A DNA stretch of 64,000 nt, taken from IMG/VR virus record IMGVR_UViG_3300034073_005389, positions 186,001 through 250,000 of that record; one strand, 5' to 3'. Below, in pieces: positions 18,465 to 27,249 of the stretch (position 1 is the first letter of the stretch; the number at the start of each line of letters is the position of its first letter). A program made the position numbers and the translations under genes. The notes beneath the pieces were generated by a model that worked only from the letters and a program-made list of their open reading frames with translations, ran no database searches and was not told the origin of the DNA.

Positions 18465-18724
18465 AATTGACTCTCAAACACATCATAAAATCGTTTGCCC
18501 ATATATTTCTCTGGTATTTCTAAATGTAAAATATGAAAATCGTTAATGGTCCAACCAATCATATTGTCATGAATAATAACTGTATAGTATTGTAGTTTTG
18601 TATTTTTTGCTACAATAATAAATTCATCTTCAAAATATTCATTTTTATTAAGCTTATCTTTTTTAAGATAAATTTTATTTTTATGTACTTTTAAAGTGAT
18701 TTTGTCTCCAACTTTATATTTCAT
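18461..18724 (-). CDS. hypothetical protein
   Basis: 87-aa ORF in operon. Confidence 0.5.
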   Translation of the reverse strand: MKYKVGDKITLKVHKNKIYLKKDKLNKNEYFEDEFIIVAKNTKLQYYTVIIHDNMIGWTINDFHILHLEIPEKYMGKRFYDVFESQL

Positions 18725-19439
18725 ATTTATTGTAATAATAATTGTTTACATAAGCAATAGATTGATGGGTCCCAGCATCATTCCACAACCCATCTATAAA
18801 AGTATAATCTAAATTTTGTTGAATATTATATAAATTAATAATATCGGTTATTTCATATTCATTTCTAGAACTAGGATTAATTTTTTTAAAAAAATCAAAA
18901 AATTGACAGTCAAACAAATAGCATCCAGTTATGGCATAATTATTATATTCTAAAGAAATTTTTTTTGGTTTTTCTTCAATTTTTATAATTTTATTATTTT
19001 GTATAGATGCCACTCCAAATCTATTTAATTCCGGGTGGTTATGCAAAACAATTTGAGATTTTGCATTAGAATTTTTCTTCCAAATAATAGGATTTTCAAA
19101 AATATTATCTCCTAATATAACCACAAAATTAGATTGTTGCGCTACATAAGACTGACATAATGAGATGGCTTGAGCGATCCCTTGCGGCTTGTGCTGATAA
19201 ACATAATTAAAATTTAGTTCATATTGACTGCCATCTTTTAAATGATCTACTACTTGTGAAAAGTGATTACCACCTAATACTACAGTAATGTTTTTGATAC
19301 CCATTGTTTTTAATGTTTTTATGGGATAATCAATAATAAACTGACCGTGCACTCCAAGCAAGTGCTTGTTTACAACATAAGTTAAAGGGTATAATCTAGA
19401 GCCAGTTCCACCGGCTAATAAAATTGCGTGGTCTATCAT
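18714..19439 (-). CDS. rmlA: glucose-1-phosphate thymidylyltransferase-like sugar nucleotidyltransferase
   Basis: AILLAGGTGSRLYPLT..NKHLL, Q.KPQGIAQAI, ILGDNIF, EEKP, RNEYEITD, WNDAGT. Confidence 0.85.
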   Translation of the reverse strand: MIDHAILLAGGTGSRLYPLTYVVNKHLLGVHGQFIIDYPIKTLKTMGIKNITVVLGGNHFSQVVDHLKDGSQYELNFNYVYQHKPQGIAQAISLCQSYVAQQSNFVVILGDNIFENPIIWKKNSNAKSQIVLHNHPELNRFGVASIQNNKIIKIEEKPKKISLEYNNYAITGCYLFDCQFFDFFKKINPSSRNEYEITDIINLYNIQQNLDYTFIDGLWNDAGTHQSIAYVNNYYYNKYEI

Positions 19440-19443
19440 AAAA

Positions 19444-19980
19444 TTATTTAGAAGGAGATACTGTCATCGACATAAATTTTCCATCTACATTAATAGGAGC
19501 ATCTGTTTGAATTAATGAACCTAATTCTTTAATTATCCAAAAAAGTTTGTCTTGCGCAACTTGTGGATGAGCTAATTCTCTGCCCCTAAATCTAACAGTA
19601 AATTTTACTTTATGACCATCTTTAATAAATTCTTTCGCTGATGCTAGCTTGTGATTTAAATCATTTAAATCAGTAGATGGTCTAAAAGTAATTTCTTTTA
19701 CTTCTTGAGTTTTTTGCTTTTTTCTGATTTCCGAAAGCCGCTTCTTCTCTTCATATTTAAATTTACCATAATTGTAAATTTTACATACTGGAGGAGATGA
19801 TTTAGGATTAATTTCGACTAAATCTAATCCTTGATCTTGAGCCAATTTAAGAGCATCGCGAGTAGGCATTACGCCTACTGATGCTCCATCTTGGTCAATT
19901 ACTCGAACTTGTGGTACTTTAATTTGATAATTAACTCGAACTCTAGATTGTGAATTTTGTTTTTGTGGCTGTGCTTCCAT
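19444..19980 (-). CDS. infC: translation initiation factor IF-3
   Basis: VRVIDQDG, GLDLVEIN, PPVCKI, KEITFRP, GHKVKFTVRFRGRE. Confidence 0.97.
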   Translation of the reverse strand: MEAQPQKQNSQSRVRVNYQIKVPQVRVIDQDGASVGVMPTRDALKLAQDQGLDLVEINPKSSPPVCKIYNYGKFKYEEKKRLSEIRKKQKTQEVKEITFRPSTDLNDLNHKLASAKEFIKDGHKVKFTVRFRGRELAHPQVAQDKLFWIIKELGSLIQTDAPINVDGKFMSMTVSPSK

Positions 19981-19996
19981 TTATAATTTCCAAAAA

Positions 19997-20455
19997 TTAT
20001 TTGTGATTTATACCGTAAACAGACAAATATGAAACATCTATTTTCCAGATTTTACTGGATCTAGTTGACCAATCTAAAAAACAATTTTTTATATAGTCTC
20101 TAGCTTCTTGTTCAGAAACTTTATTTATTTTAATAAAGTGCTTTAAAGCTTTGTTAAATTTTCCATTAGCTTCTGCCAAGCCGATATGCTTAACCATATG
20201 GCAGTTGGGGCATAATGCAAGTAACTTGGTCAATTTTTGTATTGATTTTTGATCATCAAATTCAAAAATTTCATGACATTCAACCGGATGCTTTCTGCCC
20301 TTCCCGCCACAAATCTCACATTTATAATCAGCTTGTCTATAAACTTGCTTTCTAACATTATCCCATTCTTTAGAAGAAAGAATAGACCTAACGTTTGAAA
20401 ACCAAGAAGAAGATGGAATTAATTCAATAGTTAATTTGTAATTCATTACAATCAA
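19997..20455 (-). CDS. HNH endonuclease-like protein
   Basis: WDNVRK..YKCEICG, ECHE, LCPNCHMVKH. Confidence 0.8.
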   Translation of the reverse strand: MIVMNYKLTIELIPSSSWFSNVRSILSSKEWDNVRKQVYRQADYKCEICGGKGRKHPVECHEIFEFDDQKSIQKLTKLLALCPNCHMVKHIGLAEANGKFNKALKHFIKINKVSEQEARDYIKNCFLDWSTRSSKIWKIDVSYLSVYGINHK

Positions 20456-20469
20456 TGATTATTATATCA

Positions 20470-21024
20470 TCAATTAAAAATTAATAAGGTCTTAATAAAT
20501 TTATTTAAATTTTTAATATTTTTAAATTTATTTAAATTTATTTTGGGCAAGCTAATAGCTAAGCCGCTATAATGAATAAATGTAGAATCAGTAGTCGCTC
20601 TATAAGTATTATTAATATATAATTTTTTATTGTCTAAAGTAGAAATCAATTCTTCTGAACAAAGAAGAGTTTTAGGAAAAAAACTATTATCAATTAATTT
20701 ATTTTCAATAAATCCAAAATCTATTCTAAAATTGCATGTAGAACATTTTAGATAAAAAGATAAATAATTAGAAATCATTTCTTCTATATAATTAGATCCT
20801 TTTAAGACTTCATTTGTTAAAATATTAATTTTAAATGGAAAATTCTTGTTGCAAGAAATAAGAAAGCAATCTTTTATTTTTGTTTTGCAATATACAGCCG
20901 AATTTGGATAAAAAGAATATTTATCCTTGACACCGGCAATATAAAAATGAAGACTTTTTTTACAAATTATACAATTAGAAATATAATTGTAACAATCAGA
21001 GATTGATGCAAAAGCAGTTTGCAT
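20470..21024 (-). CDS. Zn-ribbon paralog family member 1 (hypothetical)
   Basis: Y..CIIC, CSTC, C-terminal LPKINL...IKTLLIFN shared with 49729, 51044, 54416. Confidence 0.65.
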   Translation of the reverse strand: MQTAFASISDCYNYISNCIICKKSLHFYIAGVKDKYSFYPNSAVYCKTKIKDCFLISCNKNFPFKINILTNEVLKGSNYIEEMISNYLSFYLKCSTCNFRIDFGFIENKLIDNSFFPKTLLCSEELISTLDNKKLYINNTYRATTDSTFIHYSGLAISLPKINLNKFKNIKNLNKFIKTLLIFN

Positions 21025-21035
21025 AATAATTTTTA

Positions 21036-21731
21036 TTATAATGCAGCAATTAAATCTAAAATATCTTTACGAATCCCCTCTGAGGGATCTACTTTGTAAG
21101 TAATAGAATTATTACTGGCAAATGACTCAATGGCATTTTTGGTTCCTGGACCATAAAGCCCATCAATTTTTTTAGTATAAAGTTTTATTTTAGATAAATT
21201 AGTCTGAACTTGAATTAAAAGATCTTTAGTAAATGAGACGTATGAGACTAAGTTTTCTTTTTGATCCATGGGTCTCATAAAAAGCTCGCCTTCTGATATG
21301 CGACGATTTAACAATCCTTGAAGGACAGTTGAAACGCCATTTACTTTAGCTTTCGACCAATCTTTTAGGCGTTTAGGAACATCAGAAAACCGCTTCTCGT
21401 TAACTGCACGTTGAACTCCTGTATTACGTAATCCGCCTTCTCCAACATTAAAGACGAAACTAACAAGAGCATCAAATTGATTTTGATTTAACTCAATTGT
21501 TATTGATCGGTTAACTGCTCTTTCAAATCTTTCCACATCTTTACTAAGCAATTCCATAGCCATTTTTTCTGTAATTACATCTGGTATATTTTCACTAGGC
21601 AAAATTACATGACCTACTCCAATAGTAGGCTTACCAGCAGGACATATATACCTATTTAGTTTTAGTCCCTCCCAACGAGTAATTAAAGCCAATCCATTAG
21701 GTGATGTTTTCATGTTATTAATTGTCGTCAT
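21036..21731 (-). CDS. GH24 phage lysozyme (endolysin) with C-terminal peptidoglycan-binding domain
   Basis: LITRWEG (catalytic Glu), TIGVGH, NQNQFDALVSFVFNVG, GLLNRR..E; DGLYGPGTKNAI..F PG_binding_1-like. Confidence 0.92.
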   Translation of the reverse strand: MTTINNMKTSPNGLALITRWEGLKLNRYICPAGKPTIGVGHVILPSENIPDVITEKMAMELLSKDVERFERAVNRSITIELNQNQFDALVSFVFNVGEGGLRNTGVQRAVNEKRFSDVPKRLKDWSKAKVNGVSTVLQGLLNRRISEGELFMRPMDQKENLVSYVSFTKDLLIQVQTNLSKIKLYTKKIDGLYGPGTKNAIESFASNNSITYKVDPSEGIRKDILDLIAAL

Positions 21732-21748
21732 AATGTTGCCTTATTAGA

Positions 21749-22102
21749 TGGTGGAGAATTGGGGAGTCGAACCCCATTCCGCAGAATATTATTATGTAAA
21801 CTCATTCACAAACTTAGCCAGTTTTACATCTCTAGCGATGTCAATAGATTTAGCTCTATTAAGCGATTCACTGTTGTTTTTATTATTAACCTCGTGACCT
21901 GATTAATAACTAACCTTGGTGGTTAAGTGTCTGTAGAATACTAAGGTTATCTCTTCTCAGACACCCAATCAGGCAGCTAGTGCCATTGGAGCAAATGCAT
22001 TATCGTTGGCATTTAAACGTCGATTGCTGGATTAACGGAATGGCAATCATTTCCTGTTTGCATTTACACAACTCTAAACCACGTCGAAACCAAGTATTCC
22101 CC
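21749..22102 (-). ncRNA. ssrA: tmRNA (transfer-messenger RNA), 354 nt
   Basis: Acceptor stem GGGGAAT/ATTCTCC-A-CCA with G3.U wobble, GGTTTCGAC D-region, T-arm TGGGG-TTCGACT-CCCCA, internal tag ORF, encoded CCA. Confidence 0.96.
21969..22010 (-). other. tmRNA tag reading frame ANDNAFAPMALAA*
   Basis: TTTAAAT then GCC AAC GAT AAT GCA TTT GCT CCA ATG GCA CTA GCT GCC TGA. Confidence 0.93.
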
Positions 22103-22181
22103 GAAAGCTACCGATGAGATTTTCACTCATATCTCCTAAATACAATAAAGGGCGTTCATATTACGCTACGGTAGCATATAT

Positions 22182-22209
22182 AGCTTATATTTTATAAATA
22201 GCATGTCAA
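22182..22209 (-). promoter_or_regulatory. sigma70-like promoter TTGACA-N16-TAAGCT (tmRNA precursor)
   Basis: ttgaca tgctatttataaaata taagct on the minus strand. Confidence 0.75.
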
Positions 22210-22364
22210 GATCAAGTTATTTTTTAACTTTGGAGGTCAAATGCCAGCCTTGGCAAGAATCACACTTATAAGTGGTTAGGTTAATTAAATTATGATGTGC
22301 AATAATTGCGTCAGCATCTTTTTTAGTATTATATCTTTTTTTATTTGGAAACTCTAAACATTTT

Positions 22365-23147
22365 TTATGTGGCACGGAATAAATCATGTCCTAATCTAAA
22401 AATATTTAATAAAAAAGATTGTTCCTTAGTAAAGATAGGCAAATCATAATTTATAATCCATTTATTTTTCATATTTTCTCCTATTAATTTAGGAGATCGA
22501 TAACAAGCCGCACCTCTTCTAAAAACAGGATGATACTGATTAAAATCAATATTGCATTCTTGCGCTAACAATTCTATTTTTTCTTCAAAAGTTAATCCTT
22601 GAATCATCTCTTTAATAGAATTTTTATCATATTTTTTAATTAACTCATAAAAACAAGCCAATTGAATAGAGGTGTAAAAATTTTGTTGTTGCTTAAATAT
22701 AATAGTATTAACGGCTTCTGAAATAGAAGGTACATTAAAAACTCTAGAATGAAAGTGAGATTCGCCCAATAAATTTAAATCAGAGTTTTCAATATTCTTA
22801 TTGAATTCTAAAGTGGCTATAGAACTAGTGATAGAAGTTAATTTTTGAACTTTATTATCCAGCCAAGGACTAGTATCTGCAGATTGATCATTTCTAGCCA
22901 CAATTACAATTTCATCATTGTGATGATAAGCAAAAATAGCCCCCTCAATTTCAGAACATAATTTTAAGGCAGTGGTTAGCATATATTCTGAAAATTTTTC
23001 AGAATAAGGCTTATCTAATATAGATGTAGTCTTATTAAATGACCTACCATTAACTACTATAATTATTGGTAATTTATTTAATAGTTTCGCATCAGATTGG
23101 TCTTGATAAGAATCAATCCGATCTTTTAATTTAAGATTATTCATCAC
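22365..23147 (-). CDS. tRNA-His guanylyltransferase Thg1-like protein, first catalytic Asp replaced
   Basis: VVNGRSF (vs RxDGxxF), YHHNDEI, WLDNKVQK..S..SS.AT..FN, FHSRVF. Confidence 0.8.
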   Translation of the reverse strand: MMNNLKLKDRIDSYQDQSDAKLLNKLPIIIVVNGRSFNKTTSILDKPYSEKFSEYMLTTALKLCSEIEGAIFAYHHNDEIVIVARNDQSADTSPWLDNKVQKLTSITSSIATLEFNKNIENSDLNLLGESHFHSRVFNVPSISEAVNTIIFKQQQNFYTSIQLACFYELIKKYDKNSIKEMIQGLTFEEKIELLAQECNIDFNQYHPVFRRGAACYRSPKLIGENMKNKWIINYDLPIFTKEQSFLLNIFRLGHDLFRAT

Positions 23148-23164
23148 TTGTATATTATAACCAT

Positions 23165-23749
23165 TTATTTGGCAGGAGCAAGGGGCTTCAATTCATTATT
23201 TAATATCCCAATAATAAAAGTTTTGGGATCAGCTAATTTTGCAGCTAAAGGACCGGCAGGGTTAATTCTAGATAAATTATTTAGATGCTGACTATTTACT
23301 AATACATCAATTTTTTCTAAAAAATCTTTATTATTTACAGCTGTGGTATATGCAACGCCCTTATTTAATAATGTATCAAAAACTTGCTTAGCAAATCCAA
23401 TAATATGCTTTAATTCTACATTTTGACTAGGAATGTCTGTAGCATCAGATTTAAATCCTTGCTGATATGATTTTTCCATATTATATTTGCCATTACTAGC
23501 AAAATGCATAGCCCTATTTAAATAGTTACATAATTTATCAATTACAGAAATAACATTGGTAGCAAAACCATTTCTCAAATTATATCTACTAGACGCAGAA
23601 AAACCTGCAGGCTCTCCTAAAGTAAGCATCGAAGCTTTTGGAGCCCCAGGAGCTTCTGGAGCAGTAGGGGCAGATGGCGCCTCAGGAGCGGAAGGCACTT
23701 CTTGAGCTAACTTAAATAAAAACTTCATTCTTAATTTTGTATTTGACAT
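23165..23749 (-). CDS. hypothetical protein with Ala/Pro-rich N-terminal linker
   Basis: KFLFKLAQEVPSAPEAPSAPTAPEAPGAP. Confidence 0.6.
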   Translation of the reverse strand: MSNTKLRMKFLFKLAQEVPSAPEAPSAPTAPEAPGAPKASMLTLGEPAGFSASSRYNLRNGFATNVISVIDKLCNYLNRAMHFASNGKYNMEKSYQQGFKSDATDIPSQNVELKHIIGFAKQVFDTLLNKGVAYTTAVNNKDFLEKIDVLVNSQHLNNLSRINPAGPLAAKLADPKTFIIGILNNELKPLAPAK

Positions 23750-23799
23750 ATATTATATATGTTAAAATTATTAACAAGTTTGATATAACATAAATTGTT

Positions 23800-24393
23800 A
23801 TGATTACTTTTATTATACCTACAATAAATAGAAATACTTTAAATAGATCAATTGATTGTTTATTATCTCAATATAACCCAAATTGGAAAGCAATTGTAGC
23901 TTTTGATGGTTTACCTGCCTTACATTTTCCAGACCCTAGAATTACTTCAATTAGTGTGCCTAAAACAGGAAAATTGAACCATGCAGGTAATGTAAGAAAT
24001 ATTGCTATTTCCAAAGCTGATACAGACTGGGTAGCTTTTCTTGATGATGATGATACTATTTCTAATGATTATGTAGATAGGTTAGTAGAAGAAACAAAAG
24101 AAAATCCAGAAGCTAAATGTATTATATTTAGAATGAAAACCTCATTTGACCCCGTTGGTATTTTACCAGAACCAAATCATAATACATTTTATAAGTGCAG
24201 GGTAGGGATTAGTTTTGCAATAAAAAAAGAAATAAATATAAACTTTGAACCATCTCACATAGAAGACTTTATTATTTTAAATAAAATAAGAGAAAATGGT
24301 CATAAAATAATTATTTCTCCTTATGTTACTTACTTTGTAAGAGAAAATCCTTGCCCAATGCCAGCCTTTAAAAGAGTTAAAATTAACTATTAA
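23800..24393 (+). CDS. GT2-like glycosyltransferase (GT-A fold)
   Basis: FIIPTINR..L.RSIDCL..Q, GNVRNIAI, WVAFLDDDD, EDF. Confidence 0.85.
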   Translation: MITFIIPTINRNTLNRSIDCLLSQYNPNWKAIVAFDGLPALHFPDPRITSISVPKTGKLNHAGNVRNIAISKADTDWVAFLDDDDTISNDYVDRLVEETKENPEAKCIIFRMKTSFDPVGILPEPNHNTFYKCRVGISFAIKKEININFEPSHIEDFIILNKIRENGHKIIISPYVTYFVRENPCPMPAFKRVKINY

Positions 24394-25331
24394 TAATTTT
24401 CTCTATACCAATCAATAGTTTTAATTAAGCCTTGTGTTAAAGAAGTTTCTGCAGTAAAATTTAGTAATTGTTTTGCCCTAGAAACATCCAATAAGCGTTT
24501 TGGCTGACCATCAGATACTTCTCCAGTAAAGATAATTTGACCTTTAAAATCAGTCAATTCTGCTATTAGATAAGCTAAATCTTTAATAGAGATATCAACA
24601 CCAGTTCCTATATTAATAGGAAGTTCTGTGTCTAATTTTTGCTCTACAGCTTGTAATATGGCTTTAGCACAATCTTCTGCATAAAGAAACTCTCTAGTAG
24701 CATTTCCAGTGCCCCAACAAAATACTTGAGGTCTATTTTCTTTTACTGCTGTAACAAACTTATTAATTAAAGCAGGTATTACATGGCTATTTTCTAAATC
24801 AAAATGATCATGAATCCCGTACATATTCACTGGTATTAAATGAGCCCCTTTTGTTTGATATTGCTGCTTCATAGATTGAAACAATAACATCATTGTTTTT
24901 TTAGCGAGACCATATCCAGAATTCGTTTCTTCTGGAAAGCCTTCCCATAAACTATCTTCTTTAAATGGCGCGGGGCAGTATTTAGGATATCCACAAACAG
25001 AACCTAAAGTATAAACATATTCTACTTTATGTTCTAGACACTGTTCTAAAACATTAGAGTTCATTTGTAGATTAAATAAGGTTAAATCAGCGGGTTGTCT
25101 TTGATTTAATCCTATTCCTCCGCATTTAGCAGCAGCATGAATTACTATGTTTGGCTTAATTAAATTAAATAATTGCTCACATTCGCTTTGCTTTTCTAAG
25201 CGATAAAATTTTTTATTATAAGTTTGTCCAACAAAATACAAATCATATTTGTATTGGTAAGGCATAAATACTTTTTGAAGATTTTTGCCTAAAAATCCAG
25301 TGCCGCCAGTAATTAAAACTTTTTCTTTCAT
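24390..25331 (-). CDS. fcl: GDP-L-fucose synthase
   Basis: ITGGTGFLG, AAKCGGIG, EETNSGYGLAK, PVNMYG, SHVIPALI, WGTG..TREFLY. Confidence 0.95.
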   Translation of the reverse strand: MKEKVLITGGTGFLGKNLQKVFMPYQYKYDLYFVGQTYNKKFYRLEKQSECEQLFNLIKPNIVIHAAAKCGGIGLNQRQPADLTLFNLQMNSNVLEQCLEHKVEYVYTLGSVCGYPKYCPAPFKEDSLWEGFPEETNSGYGLAKKTMMLLFQSMKQQYQTKGAHLIPVNMYGIHDHFDLENSHVIPALINKFVTAVKENRPQVFCWGTGNATREFLYAEDCAKAILQAVEQKLDTELPINIGTGVDISIKDLAYLIAELTDFKGQIIFTGEVSDGQPKRLLDVSRAKQLLNFTAETSLTQGLIKTIDWYRENY

Positions 25332-25337
25332 AATATT

Positions 25338-26327
25338 TCAAGTATTGTCTTTAATAAGTTTTTCTTGTTTCGCTAGCTTTAAATCATGCGCGATCATTTC
25401 ATCTACAAGCATTTCAAAAGTATACTCTGGTTTCCACCCTAATTTATTTCTTATTTTAGAAGAATCTCCTTGTAAGGCATCTACTTCTGTTGGGCGCAAA
25501 TACTTAGGATCAAATTTAACATATTGTTGATAATCTAAATCTAATTTATTAAATACTAGTTCTGCAAATTCTTTTACAGAATGCATTTCGCCAATAGACA
25601 CAACATAATCATCTGGAGTATCAGATTCCAAAATTTTAATCATTGCTTTTGCATAATCTTTTGCATGACCCCAATCTCTTTTTGCTTCAAGGTTTCCTAA
25701 ATATAATTCATTTTGTAAACCTAATTTAATTCTAGTAGCTGCTCTAGTAATTTTTCGAGTAACAAATGTTTCAGCTCTACGCTCGCTCTCATGGTTAAAA
25801 CAAATTGTATTGCAAGCAAATAAATTATAAGCTTCTCTGTAATTGATGGTAGAATAATATCCTGTTGCCTTTGCTACTGCGTAAGGAGATCGTGGATGAA
25901 AAGGAGTATTCTCATTTTGTGGCGGAGGCGTAGAGCCATAAAGCTCACTTGAAGAGCTTTGTAAAAATCTAGTGTTAGGACTATATTTTCTAATAGCTTC
26001 TAGGCACCTTATAACTCCAGTACCGGTTATGTCTACTGTGTACTCTGGAATATCAAAAGAAACTCTAACATGAGATTGTGCTGCCATGTTAAAGAACATA
26101 TCTGGATTTATGTCAGACACCAAGTTGGCTATGGAAGAATAGTCTGACAAATCACCATATATTAATTTAAGATTAGGATGATCGAACAAATGATCTATTC
26201 TATCTGTATTAAAAGAAGATGATCTACGTTTTAAACCATAAACTTTATAATCTTTTTCTAAAAGAATATCAGCTAAATACGAACCAGTTTGTCCTGTGAT
26301 ACCTGTAATAATTGCTGTTTTTGACAT
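25338..26327 (-). CDS. gmd: GDP-mannose 4,6-dehydratase
   Basis: ITGITGQTGSYL, AAQSHVRVSF, PRSPYAVAK, FNHESERR, LGNLEAKRDWGHA, RPTEVD. Confidence 0.97.
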   Translation of the reverse strand: MSKTAIITGITGQTGSYLADILLEKDYKVYGLKRRSSSFNTDRIDHLFDHPNLKLIYGDLSDYSSIANLVSDINPDMFFNMAAQSHVRVSFDIPEYTVDITGTGVIRCLEAIRKYSPNTRFLQSSSSELYGSTPPPQNENTPFHPRSPYAVAKATGYYSTINYREAYNLFACNTICFNHESERRAETFVTRKITRAATRIKLGLQNELYLGNLEAKRDWGHAKDYAKAMIKILESDTPDDYVVSIGEMHSVKEFAELVFNKLDLDYQQYVKFDPKYLRPTEVDALQGDSSKIRNKLGWKPEYTFEMLVDEMIAHDLKLAKQEKLIKDNT

Positions 26328-26344
26328 TGATTATTCCTATAAAT

Positions 26345-27235
26345 TTATATATAATTTTTAATTAGTTTAATAGCATTTTCTCGAGAAATATTTTGTTCTG
26401 GCTGAATAATTTTAGCTTTATATTTTATATTTTTTTTACCCCATTCACCAAGAAAAAAACTATTCGAATCAGACATAGGTAGTCTTGAAAAGGTAATCAT
26501 TTTTTTATTAGGATTATTTAAATTTTCTTGAGTCATACAAAATGTAAAAGGTCCTGAAGCCCTACCAATGATCATATCACAGTTTAAACTTAAATATGAT
26601 ATCTCATTTAAATCAGATCCAGATAACTTATTGACTATATCAGAAGTAAAAAAAATATTTAAAAATTTATTTTTTTCAAAATTAATTTTTTTTGTTAAAA
26701 TAAAATTTTTATTTTTATATAAAGAGGCTAGTTCAATAACAATTGAATCTAAGTTAATATTATAAGATTGATTTGATAAAGGTTGACCATTACAAAACAA
26801 AATGCTATTTTCAATATTTTTGATATTTTTAATATTAAAAACGTTATAATTTATAGATGGAAACATCTCTAATGGGTTTTTAAAAATATTTTCAATTTTT
26901 ATTGAAAAATGATTAAATATATCTTTAAATAAAAAATACAAACAATCAAGAGTGATTTTATATTTTTTTAAATATTTACTTTTGTTAGAGCCATACCAAG
27001 TATTTATGTAAATTTTATTGTCAATTTTAGTTATAAAATCATGTGATTTTATTTTTTTATAAATTTCAGAATCATATTGAATATATGACATGTCTTTCAA
27101 TATTTCCTCACCATTTTTGTGAGAATAAATATATTTGTATTTTTTTATTCCAATATTTTCACATAATTTTTTAACAAAATTTCTAGAAATATGGATATCT
27201 CCATTTCTGCAAGGATTATAAAAAATAATGTCCAT
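26345..27235 (-). CDS. GT9-like glycosyltransferase, family A copy 1
   Basis: NGDIHISR and DLNEISYLS..CD.IIGRASGP resemble the GT9 GD and L.E...L....D..IG.DSGP motifs. Confidence 0.55.
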   Translation of the reverse strand: MDIIFYNPCRNGDIHISRNFVKKLCENIGIKKYKYIYSHKNGEEILKDMSYIQYDSEIYKKIKSHDFITKIDNKIYINTWYGSNKSKYLKKYKITLDCLYFLFKDIFNHFSIKIENIFKNPLEMFPSINYNVFNIKNIKNIENSILFCNGQPLSNQSYNINLDSIVIELASLYKNKNFILTKKINFEKNKFLNIFFTSDIVNKLSGSDLNEISYLSLNCDMIIGRASGPFTFCMTQENLNNPNKKMITFSRLPMSDSNSFFLGEWGKKNIKYKAKIIQPEQNISRENAIKLIKNYI

Positions 27236-27249
27236 ATTTTTTATGTAAT

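Noticed and set aside
21749-21782. Stand-alone tRNA gene
   Set aside because: The T-arm/CCA pairs with a 5' end 354 nt away and encloses a tag ORF, so it is tmRNA; no other tRNA seen
22241-22279. 12-aa + strand ORF MPALARITLISG with GGAGG SD
   Set aside because: No + strand promoter seen, and it overlaps small palindromes that may instead terminate the Thg1-like gene; too little support
23743-23771. + strand TTGACA promoter for the GT2 gene
   Set aside because: The hexamer is just the reverse complement of the ATGTCAA start of 23165..23749, and no good -10 lies at 16-17 bp
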